Shown here: piece by piece, positions 9,047-16,540 of the stretch | Layout of the letters: every line of letters starts with the position of its first letter | Numbering within the stretch: position 1 is the stretch's first letter | NCBI GenBank assembly: GCA_019745975.1 | Contig: JAIESQ010000002.1 | Coordinates: forward strand, 26,595-90,594 | DNA length: 64,000 nt | DNA from: Pirellulales bacterium | Lineage (GTDB): Bacteria > Planctomycetota > Planctomycetia > Pirellulales > JAEUIK01 | Direction of reading: 5' to 3' | Program-made: the position numbers and the translations under genes | Notes under the pieces: model-generated | Databases searched by the model: none | What the model was told of the DNA's origin: nothing | What the model saw: the letters and a program-made list of their open reading frames with translations, nothing else

Positions 9047-9796
9047 ATGGCGGCATTTGCGGGTCGGGTGGCACTGGTGACGGGCGGATCGCGCGGGATC
9101 GGCCGGGCGACGGCGCTACGTTTAGCCAGCGAAGGGGCCGACGTGGCGATCAGCTTTGGCAGCCGCGAGGCCGACGCCGCCAAGGTCATCGCCGAAATTC
9201 AAAAGCTCGGCCGCCGCGCCGTGGCCGCGCCGTGTGATGTTTCGCAGCCCGACCAGGTGCAGGCCTTAGTGGACACGGCCCGCCGCGAGCTGGGGCCGAT
9301 CGACCTCCTGGCCCACTGCGGAGCGATCAGCAACATCTGCACCCACCAGGAGCTCACTTGGGAGCGCTGGCGCGAAACGATCGACGTCAATCTCCACGGC
9401 GCGTACCTGGTGATATTCGCCGTCAAGGACGAAATGCTCGAGCGCCGCTACGGCCGCATCGTGATGATCTCGTCGATCGCGGCGCTGCGCCCGCGGGCGA
9501 TGCAGATTCACTACGCCACGGCCAAACTGGGCGTGGTGGCGCTGACACGCTGCTGTGCCGAGGCCTTCGCGCCGCACGTGCGCGTCAACTGCATTACGCC
9601 CGGCCTGACCGACACCGAGATGATGCACGTGCTCCCCGACGAACGGATCGCGGCGATCGCGGCCGAAACCCCGCTCAAGCGCGTCGGCCAGCCGGAAGAG
9701 ATCGCCGGAGTGATCCGTTTTTTGCTGAGCGACGAATCGAGTTTCATGACCGGGCAAACCGTGTCGGTCTGCGGCGGCCGCGTCATGCTGCCGTAA
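9047..9796 (+). CDS. short-chain dehydrogenase/reductase, FabG-like
   Basis: VTGGSRGIG cofactor motif and YATAK catalytic motif. Confidence 0.9.
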   Translation: MAAFAGRVALVTGGSRGIGRATALRLASEGADVAISFGSREADAAKVIAEIQKLGRRAVAAPCDVSQPDQVQALVDTARRELGPIDLLAHCGAISNICTHQELTWERWRETIDVNLHGAYLVIFAVKDEMLERRYGRIVMISSIAALRPRAMQIHYATAKLGVVALTRCCAEAFAPHVRVNCITPGLTDTEMMHVLPDERIAAIAAETPLKRVGQPEEIAGVIRFLLSDESSFMTGQTVSVCGGRVMLP

Positions 9797-9819
9797 CGTT
9801 CTTACCGTGTGTGAACTTT

Positions 9820-11232
9820 ATGATGCGTGAACTGAAGTACTCAGAAGCAGTGTCAAAACCCGATCTGGGTGCCACTGCTGGCTTGCCCAGCAGTGAAAGG
9901 TTCGGCGTGGCACTGCTAGACAAGCTAGCAGTGGCACCCGACGTCGGTTCAATTTGGGTTTTGAAACCGCTTCTAGGCTTCGCGGCATTGTTGTTGCTGG
10001 TGAGTTTCGTTGGCGTGTCTCGCTCCGCCCGCGCCGGCGAAGACAGCGCGCCAGCCGCGAAGAAGCCTGCGCGCCCGCCCGTCGTGCTTTCGGACGAGGC
10101 CTTGCGCATCCATCGCGCGGCGCCAGTCATCGACGGCCACAACGACCTGCCCTGGGAGCTGCGGCAAAAGCATCAGTCGCTGCTCTCATCGATCGACTTG
10201 CGGCAGCAGCAACCGACGTTGCAAACCGATATCCCGCGGCTGCGGCAAGGAGGCGTCGGCGCGCAGTTCTGGTCGGCCTATGTGCCGGCCGACACCGCCC
10301 GCACCGGCGGCGCCGCGCGGCAAACGCTCGAACAGATCGACCTGATCCATCGCATTGTGCGGCAATATCCCGACGTGTTTGAGATGGCCGCCACGGCCGA
10401 CGACGTGGAGCGCATCCGCGCGGCCGGCAAGATCGCCTCGCTCATCGGCATCGAAGGGGGCCACTCGATCGAGAACTCGCTCGGCGTGCTGCGTTCGTTC
10501 TACGAGCTGGGGGCCCGCTACATGACCCTCACACACGCCGACACGCTCGATTGGGCAGACGCCGCGACGGACGCCCCGCGCCATGGCGGCCTGTCGCTGT
10601 TCGGCATCGAAGTCGTCCGCGAGATGAATCGCCTGGGCATGCTCGTCGACATTTCGCACGTCTCGGTCGACACGATGAAGGCGGCGCTCCGCGCGACCAA
10701 GGCCCCCGTGATCGCCTCGCATTCGTCGGCCTATTCGATCGCCCAACATCCGCGTAACGTGCCCGACGAGGTGCTCGTGCTGGTCAAAGAGAACCGCGGC
10801 GTGGTGATGGTGAACTTTTTCTCCGGATTTGTCGTGCCCGAGTCGGCCCAGGTGATGGCCGACATGTTCGCGGCGCATCGCGCGCTGCGGGCGAAATACA
10901 CAGACGACGCCGAGTTCAAGAAAGCGCTCGTCGCCTGGCAAGCGGCGCACCCAATCGCGGCCGGCACCGTGCACGACGTCGTCGATCACATCGAGCACAT
11001 CGCGAAGGTCGCCGGGGCGGAACACGTCGGACTGGGGAGCGATTTCGACGGCGTCACGAAGGTGCCCGTGCAGCTTGAGGACGTTTCCTGCTATCCGTAT
11101 ATCACGCAGGAGTTGTTGAACCGCGGTCATTCGGCCGACGAGATCAACGGCATTCTCGGCGGCAACGTGCTGCGGGCCTTGCGCGAGGCGGAGCAGGTCG
11201 CACGCGACTGGGGAAATAGCGCCGATCACTGA
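9820..11232 (+). CDS. membrane dipeptidase (peptidase M19)
   Basis: VIDGHNDLPWELR, LVDISHVS and IASHSSAYS motifs. The start is ambiguous. ATG 9820 would read through the palindrome. TTG 9961 would give MKPLLGFAALLLLVSFVGVSRSARA, a clean signal peptide. Confidence 0.85.
   Translation: MMRELKYSEAVSKPDLGATAGLPSSERFGVALLDKLAVAPDVGSIWVLKPLLGFAALLLLVSFVGVSRSARAGEDSAPAAKKPARPPVVLSDEALRIHRAAPVIDGHNDLPWELRQKHQSLLSSIDLRQQQPTLQTDIPRLRQGGVGAQFWSAYVPADTARTGGAARQTLEQIDLIHRIVRQYPDVFEMAATADDVERIRAAGKIASLIGIEGGHSIENSLGVLRSFYELGARYMTLTHADTLDWADAATDAPRHGGLSLFGIEVVREMNRLGMLVDISHVSVDTMKAALRATKAPVIASHSSAYSIAQHPRNVPDEVLVLVKENRGVVMVNFFSGFVVPESAQVMADMFAAHRALRAKYTDDAEFKKALVAWQAAHPIAAGTVHDVVDHIEHIAKVAGAEHVGLGSDFDGVTKVPVQLEDVSCYPYITQELLNRGHSADEINGILGGNVLRALREAEQVARDWGNSADH
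9844..9973. repeat. compound palindrome of the GGGTGCCACTGC family (outer arms plus two inner hairpins)
   Basis: Outer arms are GAAGCAGTGTCAAAACCC (9844..9861) and GGGTTTTGAAACCGCTTC (9956..9973), complementary at 16 of 18 positions. Inner hairpins are CACTGCTGG-CTTGC-CCAGCAGTG and CACTGCTAG-ACAAG-CTAGCAGTG, bracketed by GGGTGCC...GGCACCC. Confidence 0.85.
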
Positions 11233-11268
11233 AGGGATTCCGAACCACGAAGGAGCGAGTGCGCCGAG

Positions 11269-11778
11269 ATGGCAGACGACATCACAAAACTGATTGAGCA
11301 ACTTGGCGGCGCGGATGCCACCGAGCGCGCGGCCGCGGCCGAAGCTTTAGCGCGATTGGAAACCTCCGCCAGCGAAGCGGCCGTTCCGCTGGTGCGCGCC
11401 GCTGCTGATGGCGACGAGGCGACGCACGACTGGGCCGTGGCCGCGCTCGAAGGCGTTGGGCGCCCGCCGGCCGGCAGCGCCGCCGAACTGGCCAAGCTCC
11501 TGGCCGATTCTCGTCCCGACGTCGCCTACTGGGCCGCGACACTGCTCGGGCGGCTCGGGGCCAATGCCGCTAGCGCGGTTCCGGCCTTGGCCGCGGCGCT
11601 CAAGGCCACCTCGGGTACCAGCGTGCAAGAGCGCGCCGCCTGGGCTTTGGGAAAAGTCGGTCCGCCGGCCAGTGCTGCGAAAACCGCTTTGACCAAAGCC
11701 GCTGCGGTCAAGGACCAGCCGCGCCTGGCGCGCCTGGCCGCCGAAGCGCTCAAAAACATCGACTCGTCGAGTGGATAA
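11269..11778 (+). CDS. HEAT-repeat protein
   Basis: AAGGAG precedes the ATG. Repeated units of the form ...R..A..ALG..G..A..A...L run through the protein. Confidence 0.7.
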   Translation: MADDITKLIEQLGGADATERAAAAEALARLETSASEAAVPLVRAAADGDEATHDWAVAALEGVGRPPAGSAAELAKLLADSRPDVAYWAATLLGRLGANAASAVPALAAALKATSGTSVQERAAWALGKVGPPASAAKTALTKAAAVKDQPRLARLAAEALKNIDSSSG

Positions 11779-11815
11779 TTCGTGCGGGGACTGTCACGGG
11801 TTCCGCGTGCGGCGG

Positions 11816-11978
11816 GTGTGCCACTGCTTGGTCGTCGGCCGATGTCGCACCGTGGTATGTCGCTCGGTAACCGCCGACGAACAAGCAGTGCCGCGTCGCC
11901 GGCAAGGATTACGCACTGCTTGCCGGTCGGCGGTCTTTGTCAGCATCGCGCTCGATCGGCCGGCAAGCAGTGGCACAC
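11816..11978. repeat. intergenic compound palindrome of the GTGCCACTGC family
   Basis: The ends are GTGTGCCACTG...CAGTGGCACAC. Hairpin 1 has arms at 11822..11839 and 11873..11890 (17 of 18 complementary). Hairpin 2 has arms CACTGCTTGCCGG (11914..11926) and CCGGCAAGCAGTG (11960..11972). Confidence 0.85.
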
Positions 11979-12120
11979 GGATCGTCGGTAGCCAGCGCCA
12001 TTCCCTGTGCGGCAAGTTATGATTGTCGTGCGAATCGCGCCCACCTGCTTCCGCAACCGGACAGGCCGCGGCCTCGCGTGCGCGGCGCAGAATCCTCCTC
12101 GAAGAATGCAATAGGCCAAA

Positions 12121-13683
12121 ATGATGAAGTCAACGAAACTGACCTGCGGTGGGGCGGTGCTCGTTTTGATCGCCGTTTGTTCGCTAGCGCCCGCCCATGC
12201 CCATGAGCCGCTTCCCCCCGCTATTCAACACGTCATCGACGCGCCGCGGTTCAAGCACGCGCACTGGGGCCTGTTGGTGGTCGACCTGGCGACCGGCAAG
12301 GTGCTCTTGGCCTTCAATCCCGACAAGCTTTTCGCGCCAGCGTCGACGACGAAGCTCTATTCGGTCGCCGCCGCGCTCGACGCCCTGGGAGCCAACTATC
12401 GTTTCGAAACGCCCGTCTACGCCCGCGGCGTTCGCTCGGTGGATGGCCAGTTGCACGGCGATCTGGTGCTGGTGGCCAGCGGCGATCTGTCGTTCGGCGG
12501 CCGCACCACGGCCGAGGGCGAAATCGCCTTCACGAATTCCGATCACACGTATGCCACCGGCACGTCACAGACTGAACTCACCAAGCCCGATCCGTTGGCC
12601 GGCCTCGACGAGCTGGCCCGCCAGGTCGCCAAACAGATTCGCGTGCTCCACGGCGACGTGCTCATCGACGATCGGCTGTTCGAGATTTCCAGCAGTAGCG
12701 GCAGCGGGCCCGACCGCGTTTCGTCGATCATCGTCAACGACAATGTGATCGACGTTGTCGTATCGCCGACGTCGCTCGACTCCCCGGCCAAAGTCGACTG
12801 GCGCCCCAAGTCGATCGCCGCCGCGGTCGACGCGCAGGTGACGACGGTCGCCGCCGGCGGTCGCACGCGCGTGAGCCTGGCCAGCGCGCCGGGCAATCAG
12901 TTGATCGTTCGCGGCGAGATCGCCGCCGATCATCCCCCCTTGGTGCACATTCACGAAGTCGACGACCCGGCCCTCTGGGCACGGGCCTTGTTTATCGAAG
13001 CGCTCGACCGGGCAGGGGTGCGCGTCACGGCTTCGGCCCTCGACGCGCCGGCCGACGAATTGCCGGCGCCCGATCAGTACACAAGCCTCGAAAAAGTCGC
13101 CACGCTCGTATCGCCGCCGTTCTCCGAATCGGCCCGGCTGATTCTGAAAGTGAGCCACAACCTGCACGCCAGCACGCTGCCGCTGCTGGTGGCGGTGAAG
13201 CATCACCGATCGACGCTGGCCGACGGGCTGCGGCTCGAAGGCGAGTTTCTCAAGCGCAATGGCGTCGCGGCGGATGAAATCTCCTTCGGCGGCGGCGCCG
13301 GCGGAGCCAACGCGGACTTCACCACGCCCTCTGTCAATTGCCAGCTCTTGCGGATGATGGCCGGGCGGCGCGACTTCGCTGTCTACAAGCGAGCGCTACC
13401 GATCCTGGGAGTCGACGGTACCCTGGCCACCGTGGTCGACGCCGACAGTCCCGCGCGCGGCCAAGCCTTCGCCAAAACAGGCACCCTCTACTGGGGCGAT
13501 CTCGTCAACGGGCGAAGATTGCTTACGAGCAAGGCGCTGGCCGGCTATCTCACTGCCAAAAGCGGCCGTGAGCTGGTCTGCTCGCTGGTCGTCAATGGCG
13601 TGCCACTGGCTAGCGACGAAGAGCGCAACGAAATCGGCCGCACGCTCGGCCACTTGTGCGAGCTGATCTACGACGCGAACTGA
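12121..13683 (+). CDS. dacB: D-alanyl-D-alanine carboxypeptidase/endopeptidase, PBP4 (peptidase S13) family
   Basis: Signal peptide. SxxK (STTK), SxN (SHN) and KTG (KTGT) motifs occur in the expected order. Confidence 0.8.
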   Translation: MMKSTKLTCGGAVLVLIAVCSLAPAHAHEPLPPAIQHVIDAPRFKHAHWGLLVVDLATGKVLLAFNPDKLFAPASTTKLYSVAAALDALGANYRFETPVYARGVRSVDGQLHGDLVLVASGDLSFGGRTTAEGEIAFTNSDHTYATGTSQTELTKPDPLAGLDELARQVAKQIRVLHGDVLIDDRLFEISSSSGSGPDRVSSIIVNDNVIDVVVSPTSLDSPAKVDWRPKSIAAAVDAQVTTVAAGGRTRVSLASAPGNQLIVRGEIAADHPPLVHIHEVDDPALWARALFIEALDRAGVRVTASALDAPADELPAPDQYTSLEKVATLVSPPFSESARLILKVSHNLHASTLPLLVAVKHHRSTLADGLRLEGEFLKRNGVAADEISFGGGAGGANADFTTPSVNCQLLRMMAGRRDFAVYKRALPILGVDGTLATVVDADSPARGQAFAKTGTLYWGDLVNGRRLLTSKALAGYLTAKSGRELVCSLVVNGVPLASDEERNEIGRTLGHLCELIYDAN

Positions 13684-13690
13684 CCGGCGC

Positions 13691-14590
13691 TCACGCCCGT
13701 TCGATCTCCACCACTTCGCGGAGGTGGAACTGGAACTTCCCCAAGTTGCCGCCGAAGTTGGCCGCCGACAAGCGCAAGATGTCGCTCCCCGCTGCGGCGT
13801 GCGCCGCGTAGTGCATGGCCGAGCGAATCGCCTGCTCGTCGACGCCATCGAACACCAGTTCGTAAGCGCACTCGGTTTCGGGGTGCAACTCACTGTCAAC
13901 ACGGCCCCGCAACGTCGGGCACCAGGCGTCGTTGGTCGACGCCCGCAGTGCCTTGTACCGCGAACCAACCTTGCTGCCGCTGCGCACCAGCCCACCGGGG
14001 AACGGGGCGATCACACCGGCCAATTGGGCCACCGCCGCAGCCGCGCGGCGCGCCGACAAGAGCGCGGCGAGTTGTGTGCGTGCTTCGATGATCAAGCTGC
14101 CACCGCCGATCCCCTTGGCGGCGCCGGCCGTCGCTTCGACCACGAACTCGCCGTCCATCACCGGGATGCGCCAAAAGCGCCGCTGGCCGATCCGCTTGCT
14201 CTTCTGAAAGCCGTCGCCAAAAAAACGCAAGTGATTGCCGAGTGCTATGCGCGTTTCGGCGGTCGGCAAACCGTCATAGGCGGCCGTCGTCGGACAGGTC
14301 ATCACGCACTGGCCAATGCGCGACGGCACCGCCTTGGAGAGCGCGTCGGCCGAGTAGCCGAAGAACATCACGGCCGCCCCCACGCGGCCGTCGGGCGTGT
14401 CGGCTGGCGCGAGCGACTGTTCGAGCCCCGCCTCGACGTCGCAGGCGATCACCGAAGAAGCATAGCCGGTCACTTCGCGCACCGCGTCGGCCAAGGCTTC
14501 TTCGTCGAGCGCGGTGACGATCAGCCGCGCGTACCACATGCGGAACGCCTCGGCGAAGGTGTCGACGATGAAGGTTTCGCGAAGCTGCAT
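13691..14590 (-). CDS. ftr: formylmethanofuran--tetrahydromethanopterin N-formyltransferase (Ftr/FhcD)
   Basis: Blocks DTFAEAF, RIGQCVMTCP, FFGDGFQ, WRIPVMDGEF, PFPGG, SKVGS, ASTNDAWCPT and SAANFGGNLG match the archaeal Ftr sequence as I recall it. ATG 14590 is preferred over the TTG at 14605. Confidence 0.9.
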   Translation of the reverse strand: MQLRETFIVDTFAEAFRMWYARLIVTALDEEALADAVREVTGYASSVIACDVEAGLEQSLAPADTPDGRVGAAVMFFGYSADALSKAVPSRIGQCVMTCPTTAAYDGLPTAETRIALGNHLRFFGDGFQKSKRIGQRRFWRIPVMDGEFVVEATAGAAKGIGGGSLIIEARTQLAALLSARRAAAAVAQLAGVIAPFPGGLVRSGSKVGSRYKALRASTNDAWCPTLRGRVDSELHPETECAYELVFDGVDEQAIRSAMHYAAHAAAGSDILRLSAANFGGNLGKFQFHLREVVEIERA

Positions 14591-15085
14591 GGGCTGGTGA
14601 GGCAATCAACGCGCGAGGCGCCGCGTCAGGCGTTCGGGCCAACGGCGGCGGCACTCCGCAATGCGGTGCTGGTGTTCTATATTCTCTGGCATGGTTGACC
14701 AAGCCCCATGGCATCTGGCGTTCGTTGTGCAACGGCGGCGGCGACGGTCGTCTCGCCTGCCGCGCACTCGTTTGCGTTTGCCTTGGTTGCGGCTGCCTCT
14801 GCGACATGTAGGTTTCGCTCGACGCCGCGGGGCGCGAGCGGATCGCGGGTGCCCTTCGGGCCTGCGAGCTGGAACTGCCAGCCTACACCGGATCGCCATT
14901 CAGCCCGTTAAACATCCGATCCGGGTGGCACAGCCACAAGAATCTGCCGCGTACGGCTGGGACCAACGACCCCCGCAAATCGTTGATGCAACTGGCTCGC
15001 CAGTGCCTCGATGTGGCTTCGCCCTCGATTGCCCGACTACAATACACGCCTTCGGCCGACGGGCATCTCGGGAGATCGCCGAACT

Positions 15086-16540
15086 ATGTGGCCACGATCG
15101 TTCGAGCACACGCGCGGTTGCGATCGCCGGCAGTTCCTGCAACAAGCCGGCGGAGGGCTGGGTGTCGTCGCGCTCGCGTCGCTGCTGCAGCGCGATGCCC
15201 GAGCGGCCACACAGTCCGCCAGGAGTGAATCGCCGCACGCCGCCAGACCGCTGGCCCCCAAGCCGCCGCACTTTGCGCCGCGCGCCAAGCGCGTGATCTA
15301 CCTGTTCATGCACGGCGGCCCAAGCCATGTCGACTTGTTCGATCCCAAGCCCGAGCTGCTGAAGTACGCCGGCCAGCCGCTCCCCGAGAGCGTTGGCCCG
15401 GTGATGACGCGTCGCCAGGTAGCGCACAATCCGCTGTTGGCGCCGATGAAACCGTTTCGTCCGCGCGGTCAGTCGGGCCTGGAGATCAGCGACTTTTTGC
15501 CGCACACGGCCGAACTGGCCGACGAGTTGTGTGTGCTCCGCGGCTGCCACGGCGACAGCGTCAATCATCCGCAGTCGGTCTATCAGATGAACACCGGCAG
15601 CATCCTCATGGGGCGGCCGAGCTTGGGGAGTTGGGTCAGCTACGGCTTGGGGAACGAGAACGACAGCCTGCCGGGCTTTGTCGTGCTGCCCGATCCTGGC
15701 GGCGGTTTGAAAGGGGGCCCGCCCGCCTGGGGCAACGGCTACCTGCCGGCGACGTATCAGGGCACCACGTTGCGGCCGACCGGAACGCCGATCGTCGACT
15801 TGGCGCCGCAGCCTGCGATCAGCGCCGCCCAACAACGCTCAACGCTCGAATTCGTGCAGGCGCTCAATCGCCGACACCTGGCCCAGCGCGGGGCATCGAC
15901 CGAGCTCGACGCGCGGATAGAAGCCTACGAGCTGGCCTACCGCATGCAGAGCGCGGCGCCGGCCGCCGTCGATCTGGCCGACGAATCGGCCGAAACGCTG
16001 GCCCTCTACGGAGTCGGCGACAAGCACACCGACGAATTCGGCCGCCGCTGCCTGCTGGCTCGCCGGCTGGTGGAGCGTGGCGTGCGCTTCGTGCAGCTTT
16101 ACTCAGGCGATACCAACGGCTGGGATGCCCACAACGACGTGGCCAAGAATCACGCCGAATACTGCCTGCGAACCGACAAGCCAGTCGCAGGCTTGCTGGT
16201 CGATCTGCGCCGCCGCGGCTTGTTGGACGACACGCTCGTGATCTGGGGAGGCGAGTTCGGCCGCATGCCGATGAGCGAACAAGGGCGCGGGCGCGACCAC
16301 AATCCCTGGGGTTACTCGGTCTGGCTGGCCGGCGCCGGCGTGCGCGGCGGGATGGCTTACGGCGCGACCGATCCCTTCGGCCTGCGCGCCAGCGAAGGCA
16401 AGGTCCACGTGCACGACTTGCACGCCACGATCCTGCACCTACTGGGGCTCGACCACGAAGCGCTCACGTTTGCGCATAACGGTCGGGAAGAGCGGCTCAC
16501 CGACGTCGCCGGCCGTGTGGTGATGGAGATTCTCGGATGA
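15086..16540 (+). CDS. DUF1501 (sulfatase-like) protein with Tat-type signal
   Basis: RRQFLQQAGGGLGVVALA Tat-like leader. VIYLFMHGGPSHVD, DHNPWGYSVWLAG and HDLHATILHLLGLDHE blocks are typical of DUF1501. Confidence 0.9.
   Translation: MWPRSFEHTRGCDRRQFLQQAGGGLGVVALASLLQRDARAATQSARSESPHAARPLAPKPPHFAPRAKRVIYLFMHGGPSHVDLFDPKPELLKYAGQPLPESVGPVMTRRQVAHNPLLAPMKPFRPRGQSGLEISDFLPHTAELADELCVLRGCHGDSVNHPQSVYQMNTGSILMGRPSLGSWVSYGLGNENDSLPGFVVLPDPGGGLKGGPPAWGNGYLPATYQGTTLRPTGTPIVDLAPQPAISAAQQRSTLEFVQALNRRHLAQRGASTELDARIEAYELAYRMQSAAPAAVDLADESAETLALYGVGDKHTDEFGRRCLLARRLVERGVRFVQLYSGDTNGWDAHNDVAKNHAEYCLRTDKPVAGLLVDLRRRGLLDDTLVIWGGEFGRMPMSEQGRGRDHNPWGYSVWLAGAGVRGGMAYGATDPFGLRASEGKVHVHDLHATILHLLGLDHEALTFAHNGREERLTDVAGRVVMEILG

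Noticed and set aside
7911-9080. 389-codon plus-strand ORF. Similar antisense ORFs lie at 10186..11301, 14900..15835, 20393..21457 and 52149..53288.
   Set aside because: Each lies opposite a gene with strong family motifs (Dus, dipeptidase, DUF1501, GNAT, heme protein). All are Arg/Ala/Gly-rich.
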